Position numbers and translations under genes: made by a program. A DNA stretch of 64,000 nt from assembly GCA_964016885.1 (NCBI GenBank), contig OZ024745.1:58962001-59026000 (forward strand), given 5' to 3'. The notes under the pieces are model-generated. The model had not been told where the DNA came from. It did not search any database and saw only the letters and a list, made by a program, of their open reading frames with translations. The stretch comes from Eledone cirrhosa (lineage: Eukaryota). This document shows positions 53,895 to 64,000 of this stretch, in pieces. Within the stretch, counting starts at the first letter, position 1; each line of letters starts with the position of its first letter.

Positions 53895-54775
53895 TAGAAA
53901 CAGTAGACAGCTTTTGCTACCTAGGTGACCAAATTATCAGTAGAGGTGGGTATTCTGAAAGTGAAGTAACCAGGGTAGAAGAAGTTCAGGGAGCTACTAC
54001 CACGACTAGCTGCAAAAGGCTTTTCCCGCAAAATGAAAGGCAGACTGTATGATGCATGCATACAAACAGCAATGTTACATTGTAGTGAGACCTGGTGCTG
54101 TGTGTAGAAGACTTGCATAGATTAGAAAGAAACAAAGCTTGAATGTTCCAATGGATGTGGTGTAATAGTAATATACGTGAATGACAAAGCATAAACGAAC
54201 TGAGAGAGACTGAGCATAAGAGGAATCAAATGCTGTGAGGATGCGTTGGTATGGACACGTGATGCGTATGAAGGATGACAGCTGCATAAAAAGGTGCAGA
54301 GCACTAAAATTTGATGGAAGCCATGGAGTGGGGAGACCCAAGAAGACCTGAGACGAGGTGATAAAAGCGGACCCAATTGCACTTCTCAACGGCAAAGACA
54401 CAGGACCGTGACCTCTGGCATCTCTCAGTAATACAGAAGACCCGACTTCCCACAGGGACAAGCTGAAGCTGAAGCATATAGACAATATACCCCATCCCCT
54501 CCCACTGCAAAGTAGTCGTGGAGGAATCACGACAAAAAAGCACCCAGCCCACACTGTAAAGTGGTCATGTAGGCATCATAGAAAAAAAAGCACCCAGCAC
54601 CCACTGTAAATGAGGTTGGTGTTAGGAAGGGCATCCAGCTGTAGAAATCAAGCCAAAATCAGTTCCCGTATGAGCAAGAAAAGGTCACTCGACCTAACAT
54701 CGCCCACAACAGGACAACCCATCTAACCCATGCTAGCATGGAAGAATGGATGTAAAATGGTGATGATGATGATGA
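53895..54775 (+). mobile_element. Decayed RTE LINE 3' part with family-B-like tail
   Basis: Homologous to 61837-62415 with stops and frameshifts. Confidence 0.8.
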
Positions 54776-54906
54776 TTATTAGTCAAATTTGTGACAGAAA
54801 ATAGTAAAATATTCAGTGATGTGACCTGAATCATATACCTCTCACTTGCTGATCAGTGATGGTAGTAATTACACAACAGTATTATAGTATAATAGTATAG
54901 TATATA

Positions 54907-55092
54907 GGGCGGTGGATTGGCAGTATCGGTAGAGGGTTAGACACCATGCTTTCTAGCATAGTTACGTCCCTTTACATTCTGAGTTCAAATCCCGCCAAGG
55001 TTAACTTTGCCTTTCATCCTTACGGGGTCGATAAAATAAAGTACCAGTAATGTACTGGGTAATTGCTGGCCTTGTGCCTAAAGTAGAAACAA
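54907..55092 (+). mobile_element. SINE family A
   Basis: TSD AGTATTATAGTAT. Confidence 0.85.
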
Positions 55093-55762
55093 GTATTATA
55101 GTATGTAATTTGAGAGGCTGGAATACCCAGTCAATGAGCTTGATAATTAAATCTATTACTATTTACGATCTCAAAGTCTGTTTAGACAGACATATACATA
55201 AACAGACATCCTAGACTGTATCCAGAGTAAAGCCACTTGATTGGTTGACCTGAAGTCCCACACAAACATGCTATGATCTCCAAAACTTAAGTTCTCCCAT
55301 CGGAGTCAGTAAATTATTTTGACTTCCTGGTAATTTCAAATGTGGCGATCATATAAAAAACAAAAAAGGTTGCAGATAAAAGAAAAAAAGGTAGCATACA
55401 AAAAACCAAAAGTATTTGGCTGATTGTCAATGCTATACAACCTCAGGCATTCACAAGTGCTGTTTCTTCTAATCACAACTAGCAAGCTGTGTACCACTTC
55501 CATTTGCTACCTATAGTTCTCATCCCTTTACCTCTACAGTATATCATTCTTAGACTCAAACTAACAATTTCCATAGCAATTCCTTCTTCTATGTACAGCC
55601 CCATAGAATTCTTTCACAGCCCACCTTTTTCCATTAGGCATTGAGAGCGGTTCCAAATAGACATCAACTACATCAATCTCTCCAATTTAACAAAGTCTAC
55701 AGTGATCTATCACAAATAAATTAAGAACACAAATTGTTAAATTGTAATATCTGAGTACCTAC

Positions 55763-55886
55763 CCAAACATAGGCGGTGAAACTGTTGCTCCATCTTTAAA
55801 GAAATCAGGTGAAAATTCAACTTCTTTGTAAAATTTGTCACCAAGACTAGTGCAAGGTCTGCCATTTCTTGAGTCAATAGAATTAA
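55763..55886 (-). CDS. SPATS1: SPATS1-like exon: (V)NSIDSRNGRPCTSLGDKFYKEVEFSPDFFKDGATVSPPMF(G)
   Basis: Acceptor ttttgtaattctag, donor gtaggt, phase 1->2. RNG.P....GD..Y...E.S..F.K.G is the SPATS1 core motif (from memory). Confidence 0.85.
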
Positions 55887-56622
55887 CTAGAATTACAAAA
55901 GAATTATACTACAAGAGAATATATTCCAAAAGAATTAGTTTCTTGTTAAAATTCAACACAATTCACTAAAAAAAAATAGGAAGAGGCTATTCCAGTAAAA
56001 TAGACTCCCAGGCTTTTTAGCCAGTAAGAGTGTCAGACAACATCAGTTACGGCCCGAGTTAAGACAATTGTTCAGACAATTGTTAAAAAAAAAAGTTTAA
56101 ATCATTTAGTCATCATCTTATTATAATTCTGCTTGTGCTTTGTCCATTTGTAATGTACATTACGCTTTAGTTACATACACACACATCTACTGAGTTACAG
56201 GGCTGAAGAATTTTAGTAGAGTCAAATATTTTCGAAATTAAGAATTTTAGCAGAAAGTCACGACCTGGGTTAAGTTTAGTAGTCACTACCCGGGTTCTAA
56301 AACACGATTTATTATTTAGCAATAAAATATGCTTCCAGGACCCCGACTAGATTTGCATCCCTTTACTGCTTACCAGTAAAATAAGCTTAAGAAGCATGTT
56401 TGTCTATTTTGCTGGGACCAGCGACGTAGCCTATTCCAAAAAATAATGATTTCTTACTTTGGTCCAAAGTAACAAACATGGGGGGGGGGGGGGGGCGTAG
56501 TTCATTGAATCAACCCTATTATTATATTATTTGTATTCATTTTCCAAGACCAGCAGAATTTCAAATCAAAACTTTAAAAGATGTAACACATTTTGCCCAG
56601 CGCTATATGAACTAAAAAAAAA

Positions 56623-56813
56623 TAATTGTTTCTACTTTAGGCACAAGGCCAGCAATTACCCAGTACATTACTGGTACTTTATTTTATCGACCCCCGTAAG
56701 GATGAAAGGCAAAGTTAACCTCGGCGGGATTTGAACTCAGACTGTAAAGGGACGTAACTATGTTAGAAAGCATGGCGTCCAACCTTCTACCGATACTGCC
56801 AATTCACCGCCCT
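56623..56813 (-). mobile_element. SINE family A
   Basis: TSD AAAAAAAAATAAT. Confidence 0.85.
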
Positions 56814-57449
56814 CAAAAAAAAATAATGTTACTTGAAAAGTTCAATAACAGTTTAAAATAAAACTCTGAGCTACAAGCTCAGAAACTGGTAGACGTTGCA
56901 TTATATCAAGACACTGTTTTTCTTTGCAAAGGAGTTTTATACTTACATAAGTATATGGTCACAGAATTCATAGAGCATCAAACAAAATGCTTTGTTTTAT
57001 TTAGTTACACCATTCTACATTTTGAGTTTTAAAAAGTTTGATTTTTAGCTTTCACAGGAATGAAAGGTAAAATCGAGTTCATAAAATATTTTTTGTAAAA
57101 AAAAATCATTAGAAAATCATTAGAAAAATCTGTTATTGAATTGTTAAACTATTAATCTACCAGGGAAAATAAACATATGATGATGATGATGATGATGATA
57201 TGATGGGTGGAGAGAGGGTTCTATGTAGGTAGGTAAGTAAGTTGCCTGATAGGTTGATTGATTAACAAATCGAAGGAGCCAAAGTCCTAGTGAAATGTGT
57301 AAATGTCTCGATAAGAATAAAGATATATGAGGATGTGATTTATATATAATTATAGTTTCACACTAAAATATGACATTCCGGAAGTGAAGAAAGAATGTGG
57401 AAAAGTTTATATAGAGAGGAAAACTGAGAGAAAATAGTAATGATAATGA

Positions 57450-58050
57450 AAATAATAATAATAATGAAATTATTGTGTACAGTGCTCAGGTGCACTACAA
57501 CTCATCAAAGGTGCATGTATAGTACATAGAATAATGTACAAATGTCAGGAAAATGAACAGTGTATGAGTCATGATATAATAATAATAAGAATAATGAAAT
57601 ATTGTGTACAGTGCCCAGGTGCACCACAACTCATCAAAAAAAGTGCATGTACAGTACTTAGGGCAATGCACAAACATCAGTAAAATGAACAGTGCACGAA
57701 TCATGATACACACATGTGAGCATGTGTATGGAAGGGGTACATCAGGTGTAGTTTTGGCGTATTTCGGGAAGCATGAGTGTCTTAAAGGATGCAGTGTCTC
57801 GGCAGCTAACAATTGACGCAGGTAGTTTGTTCCATGCTTCAGCAACTCTGAGCGTGAAAAAATGTCTATGAAAGTCATGGGAGCTGTGCTGTTTTCTGAT
57901 CTTGTAGGCATGTCCACGTGTGTTAGACACATGGAGATCAAAGAGGCGCTCAGGGTTGCAATTGGCGAGATGGTTAAAAACTTTGTGGGTATTCACTAAG
58001 TCCATTGCCAGACGTCGGAGCTTCAATGAATCCATGCCCAGGGAAGCAAA
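57450..58050 (-). mobile_element. CR1-clade LINE 3' end with duplicated 3'UTR and (ATT)n tail
   Basis: L.LRRL..DL...K...F.....TRGH.YK.......R.FF..RV...WNKLP. Confidence 0.85.
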
Positions 58051-59320
58051 TGTCATTATATAAATGTTTAATGTTTCCTTAAGATAATTTGATTGCTATA
58101 AGCTGATGGCAAGAAACTTACTTAGAATGTATTCACTAATTGTTTTGACCTTTGCCATTTTTAAGTTTAAATTTAAGATTTCTATCAGTAAGATGGCTTT
58201 CAAACAAACATTCCACATGTTTTACTTTTTCCCAAGCTCAGTTATATCATAAGATAAAAGATGTTGTTTGCAAAAAATAACAGTAATGAATAATATATTT
58301 TTATATATTTATATTTTTTAATTTTTATTTGCAGTCTTTTTTTTTTTGGTGTTGTTGTTGACATTGTTCAACATGAAAGAAGAATTTAGATTAAAACATT
58401 TATTAATAAAGCACATAGTGGTTTACTACTTCCTGAATGTGAGAACTGACACCCAGTATATTAATTGATAAATCATTCCCATCATCAGCATCATCATCAT
58501 TATAATTTTACATGTTCTTTCCATGCTATTTGACTGAAAGGTGGTCATGCTGGTGACATGACAAAAAGCACCCAGACTACACTGTAAAGTAGTCGTTCAG
58601 CTGTAGAAACCAAGCTAAAATCCATATGAGCAAGACGTGGTCTCCGGCTCTCCTTGTCTCATAATGCGAAAACTCGTCTAACTCATGCAAGCATGGAAAA
58701 TGGACGATGATGAAGATGATGATGATGCAACAAATAAAATATTTAGGAAGAATTTAAACTGGAAGTTATGTTTGGGCTTTAGAATTACTTCAGTAACTGA
58801 AGTTTAAAATAATTTTTTAATGGAACTAAATCAAACCACAAACTACACAAAAGCTTTCTTTTCCTGTAAAAGATTGTTTCTTTTCTCTTTCTTTTTTATG
58901 CACAAATGATTTTAAATTGTAAGAAATAGTTTGTCTATTTGAATTTAAAATTGTTTTCAATATATAAAATATCAAGTATCATAGAAAACCAAAACAATAA
59001 AACTTCGCAGACAATAAAAGTTTGCAGACAATGAACCCAAATTCTCATTTCATTTTGCTTACTAGTTCACTTTGTCCTGTGGTAGATGTTGATATTTCTA
59101 TATGCCAGACTTCAATACTATGAATGATACCCCACCACCACCACAACAACAACAACAAACTATAAGCTATAAAATAATACCTGTTATAACCTACGGGTTG
59201 AAGGCATGTTTAAATAAATAACTAAAAATGCCTTATTTGCCTCATAGGTTGTAGGTAAGATGGAGGAATAAAAGAGATAGCAGAGAGTGAGTTCTAATTT
59301 TCACTAAAGTTTCACTAATA

Positions 59321-59351
<31 letters not shown>

Positions 59352-59461
59352 CATTTATATATATATATATTAAATATAATATAATATAAATCATTTGGTT
59401 ATTAGGACAATGGGATTGATGAGTTAATATCTGTATACAACAACTACAACGGTACGTGATG

Positions 59462-59685
59462 GGGCCCACCCACAACCCCGGTGGACAGAATGGAGAAGGC
59501 ATTTCCCCGGAGGACGGCAAGGGAGACGCGCTGGAAAAGCCACTCCAACTTGCGGGGCTCACACCTACAGCTGGCCAGCTCAGCGCCTATGGTGGTGAGT
59601 AAGGAGGTAGCTCTGGGACCGAGGACACCAGAAGTCTCCACTGCCAGGGGTACGACCGCAAACCTGTCGGAGAGCAACCGGTATA
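59462..59685 (-). mobile_element. CRE-like element 3' fragment, second copy
   Basis: Highly similar to 15065-15285. Confidence 0.85.
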
Positions 59686-59902
59686 TTTTTAAATATATTT
59701 ACATAATAATTGTATCAACAGAATGCTCAATCTAGAAAATATGCCCTAAACACTGCATAGCAACCAGATTAAAGCAATGGTTATTAAAAGTATTTTCTGG
59801 ATAATTCCTGAACCTTTTAACAACTAGTTTGTAATGAAGAAAAGTATAACAGTTACCAATGTACCTGCTGTCAGCAAACCTGAATTTGACAACATTATGT
59901 AA

Positions 59903-60093
59903 GGGTGGTGGATTGGCAGTATCGGTAGAGGGTCGGACGCCATGCTTTGACGCATAGAGTTACGGCCCTTGCCATTGTGAGTTCAAATCCCGCCGAGATT
60001 AACTTTGTCTTTCATCCTTACGGGGTCGATAAAATAAAGTACCAGTAATACACTGGGTAATTGCTGGCCTTGTGCCAAAAGTAGAAACAATTA
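59903..60093 (+). mobile_element. SINE family A
   Basis: TSD ATTATGTAA. Confidence 0.85.
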
Positions 60094-60145
60094 TGTAAAC
60101 AAGATAAAATATAAAAATCCTATGATATAAAATATGGAAATTTAC

Positions 60146-60283
60146 CTGAGCGTTTTCTAATTGGAAGCCATTCTCTATCACCTTCAATAGAAAACGTTTT
60201 AGATCCATCAGTTGATTGAGTTTTAATTCTTTTAGTATAAATTTGAGGAAGCAGCCACTTGTCTTTTACAATATCATTGCGTT
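60146..60283 (-). CDS. SPATS1: SPATS1-like upstream exon: (E)RNDIVKDKWLLPQIYTKRIKTQSTDGSKTFSIEGDREWLPIRKRS
   Basis: Acceptor ctctttaaactag, donor CAG|gtaaat, phase 1->1 compatible with 55886. Confidence 0.6.
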
Positions 60284-61011
60284 CTAGTTTAAAGAGAAAC
60301 AAATATCATATATACATTAGAATGTACTGACTAACCCCCACACCTGAAGTCTTTAGATGGTTCAACAGTAAAAAATACAAATAAACTATTGCACATTTTA
60401 AATATTTTGACATTTGGGGAAGCTGTTCAATTGAGAGCAGTTTTCTAATGTTTCAGAGAGAGTGAATTATGAAAACATTAACACATCCAACCATCTAACC
60501 CATTCTACAATAGAAAATAGATGTTTATTATGATGAAGTTTTGACTAACATCCATAAACATATTTTTGGGAAATGAAACAGGTTTCTTTTGACTTGTATG
60601 TCATAAAAGAGGGCTTAAGTGAAGTTATCATTGTTTGATCTTTACCATAGATGTTAGGGATAGAATTAAAACTAAATGGCTTTGACAGAGAATCAAAACA
60701 GTGTCACATACTCAGATCACACAGAGCTAACATTTCTTTCTACTATTAACCCTTTAGGTACCAACCAGGCCAAAATCAGCTCTGGTCCTATGAAATAAAA
60801 CCACCCATCTTAAAGGTTTCCAATTTAAATTAAAATTTTCCAACATAATTTTATGTAAGAACCTTACATTAAGTTACTATCTTACTAATGAAATAATTAA
60901 TAATTTTAGTAAAACCCTCAAAATTCTTCATTAATTAATTAAAATAGAGTGTATTTTGTTATAAATGCAGTCATGAAAGAATTAATCTATCAACCAGTTT
61001 AACACCATTAC

Positions 61012-61107
61012 CTGGTCCTTTGGTGCTTTTAGCGAAATCCACCCTGTTGCAAGTATTTGGACCAGGTCTTTGGTTTAAAGATAAATTTTTCTCTGCTACC
61101 CACAGGT
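61012..61107 (-). CDS. SPATS1: SPATS1-like upstream exon: (D)LWVAEKNLSLNQRPGPNTCNRVDFAKSTKGP; may instead start at ATG 61156
   Basis: Donor CAG|gtaatg, phase 1, open frame. 5' boundary uncertain. Confidence 0.5.
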
Positions 61108-61439
61108 CTTTGAAGTTATGCACAAAAAAAAATATGGATGTTACCCTTCCTTCCATGACTAAGAAATTAAAGAAATCACTAAAAATACTATGCTTTCACC
61201 AACAGTTAACATTGAATAGTGATCTAGATTCACTACAAACTTTTGTCTCTAATGCAAAGGTTGCTACATAGATTTGTATACAATTACATGAAATATCTTA
61301 AAGATATTGCATTCAAGTTAAAACTTGCCATAACATATCTGAAAATTTAGCAGTCACTTGTACATGAAGTATGAGTCATTATTGTTAAAAAAAATCCTGT
61401 CAATAATGATACTACGAAAAGACTACCATGTCTCACAGT

Positions 61440-63105
61440 CATCATCATCATCATCATCATCATCAACGTTTAACGTCCGTGTTCCGCGCTTGCATGGGTT
61501 TGGACGGGGGTTTTCCCACTTGAGGCAAGAGTGATTGTCTTGCTCGCATAGGACTATCTGGCGGGTTTTCTACAGTTGGATGCTCTTCCTAACACCAACC
61601 ACATTTACAGTGTGGGGCTGGGAGGTTTTTACCGTGTTGCCTACACGGCCACATTACAGCGTGGACTGTGTGTTGATTTGTCGTGACACCTACACGATCT
61701 CATTTGTTTCGGCCTGGATGTTGTGGCACCAACATAACTTTACATTGAAAGGGGCGGTGTGGATGGGGTGGGGGTGGTGGGACGGGGTGTGTTTTGTTAG
61801 AGATGCCTACTGACTGTAATAGGTTTTACTTTGTATTTAGGTAAGGCGGGTCTTCTCTATTACTGAGTACCGCCAAAGGTCTCGGTCCAGTGACATTGTC
61901 TTGGAGAGGTGTAAGCGTGTGAGGTCGGAATTTATCATGTCGTCCCAGGTTTTTCTGGGTCTGCCTACTCCGTGGCTACCGTCTATCTTTATTGCCCTGC
62001 ACTTTGTTATACAGCTGTCGTCTTTCATGCGCATCACGTGACCATACCAACGTAGCCTTCTCTCGAGTAAACAACATCTGATCCCTCTTATTTCTAATTT
62101 TTTCCTTAGTTCGTTTATGCTTAGCCGTTCACGTATATTACTATTACACATCCAGCGGAGCATGCAAGCTTCGTTCCTCTCTAGTCTGCGTATATCCTCT
62201 GCACACAATGCCCAGGTCTCACTGCCATGCAACATTGCTGTTCGTATGCAGGCATCATATAACCTGCCTTTCATTTTTAGGGAGAACCCTTTAGCGGCTA
62301 ATAGTGGTATAAGCTCTCTGAACTTTTTCCATCCAGTTCTGACTCTAGCTACTGTACTTTCAGAGCACCCTCCCCCACTGCTGATTTTATCACCCAGGTA
62401 ACGGAAGCTGCCCACTATTTCTATAGAACCCTCTGCGCAATTGAAAGAGCTAGTATTTTAGTGGGCACTTGCTGCTACTAATTGCACCAGAGCACCGGCC
62501 ACATGTAAAATCTATGTTCTTAGTTAGCTTACCTGTGATCCCACTACATCTTTTATGCACCCATACTTTGCATTTGGGACATAAAATGGAGTTTCTACCT
62601 ACGCCTTTCCTACACACTGAGCATGGCCATTTCCCGGAAGGGACCGCCGCCTTATTTTCTTTCCTACAAACTAGAACTTTAGTCTTAGCCAGGTTAATTT
62701 TAAGGCCTTTTGATTCTAGGCCGTGCTTCCATGTTTGGAATTTCTTCTCTAGCTCGGTCATTGATTCAGCTATGAGCGTTAGATCATCTGCGTATAGGAG
62801 TTCCCATGGGCAGCCGGTCTTGAACTCCTCTGTTATAGCCTGAAGGGCAATAATAAATAGTAGGGGCTAAGAACAGAGCCCTGATGGACACCAACTTTTA
62901 CGCTAAACCCTTCACTATATTCGTTGTTAATTCTAACCTTGCTGACTGTTTCTTTATACATGGCTTGTATAGCTCTCACAAGCCATTCGTCAACACCTAG
63001 TTTTCTAAGAGCCCACCAGATAATGGAACGGGGGACTCTGTCGAAGGCTTTCTCCAAGTCAACAAAAGCTAAGTATAGGGGTTTACTTTTAGCTAGGTAC
63101 TTCTC
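61440..63105 (-). mobile_element. 5'-truncated RTE LINE (RT with inserted PHD-like finger), frameshifted
   Basis: EKAFDRVP, GVHQGSVLSP, LLYADDL, C..C..G....SI.C..C..WVH.RC...F.C..C, FRYLG, RRLRWYGHV, GRPRKTW; (GAT)n tail. Confidence 0.93.
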
Positions 63106-63290
63106 ATATATATATATATATATATAAACACCTGTGTATATATATATTCATCAGTGTGGATATAGCACTTGTCATTGTTTTGCCTCAGAGCTTATTTTTT
63201 TCCGATACTTTTTTAATCGATCTATTTTTGTCAAACTGATAAGTTACAGGACAAACACAAACTGTAAAAGTAAACACGCACACACAGGGC

Positions 63291-63425
63291 TTTCCTTATG
63301 ATTTCCTTCGAATGAAACAGTTCTAGTCCTGTAGAGCCATTTCTATATTAAATTTGTTGCATACACTCTACTAATGTATTGAGTACCTTACTTACTGTGG
63401 ATACCTCCGATTGAACCCGGGACTC
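63291..63425 (+). mobile_element. Degenerate copy of the HHR-bearing terminus at 12707-12835
   Basis: GAATGAAACAGTTCTAGTCCTGTAGA and ATGTATTGAGTACCTTACTTACTGTGG shared; core mutated to CTTATGA. Confidence 0.7.
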
Positions 63426-63589
63426 ACATACATATAATATATGTATATATCGACAGTCGATCGACAAGATCCCAGACCTCATTCACTTAACGAGTTAGGT
63501 CGAGCTCATCAAATCGGACCGAGGAAACAATGTTGCCATTGGTCTTTCTAATTGCTAATACTATCTGTCGGTTGCAACTCCAGGCAAAA

Positions 63590-63710
63590 GGAGCAGCATG
63601 AAATAAAGTGTCTTGCTCAAGGACATAACGCATCACCCAGTTTGGGAATGAAATCACAACCTCATGATTGTGAATCCAATTCTCTAACTACTTAGCCACG
63701 TGCCTTCACC
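63590..63710 (-). mobile_element. SINE family B-related head
   Basis: TGGCTAAGTAGTTAG...CCTTGAGCAAGACACTTTATTTCA. Confidence 0.65.
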
Positions 63711-64000
63711 CTGTATATATTCAAAAGTATTTGAAGAAAATCAATCTACTTTCATTAAAAACAGTTTTTGATCTCAATTGTTTTGGGGAGACTGTTTAAG
63801 TGCTGTATACAATCAACTTGTTTTCATTATTGAAACAACTTCAAGTGAGCTGTAGAAACACAAAATACCTTCTTCAGAATGGTACTAATTTCAATTATTA
63901 GTCACATAAATCACTTATTTACATCAAGCATTGGATATCAAAAAATATTTATCATAATGGGAATTAACAGAAAATAAGTGGAAAGAAATCATTTCCAGGT

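Noticed and set aside
58122-58240. Candidate SPATS1 exon ending at gtaagt
   Set aside because: No convincing acceptor or family similarity; flanking exons already join in phase.

Overview
AT-rich, microsatellite-dense animal genomic DNA. The SINE/LINE repertoire looks like a coleoid cephalopod, probably Octopus; this is an inference. Almost all ORFs in the supplied track are microsatellite artefacts. Splicing by eye gives two minus-strand host genes with consistent intron phases: a 7-exon, ~239-aa four-transmembrane MS4A/CD20-like gene (41287->24716) and a SPATS1-like gene (>=61107->50627). The rest is retroelement debris: Penelope-like elements (PLEs), RTE, CR1, CRE-like and R4/Dong-like LINEs, two tRNA-derived SINE families and MITEs. 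The main signal is about 15 type-I hammerhead ribozyme (HHR) motifs from several unrelated non-coding PLE-type families, mostly inserted in (TA)n. These include a 438-bp HHR tandem array resembling a retrozyme/circular-RNA system (4101-5731), HHRs enclosed by or duplicated in long inverted repeats, and catalytic-core or stem-II variants. A covarying RNA structure also marks a shared 5' boundary of an RTE family. All calls are by eye; TE boundaries are approximate.
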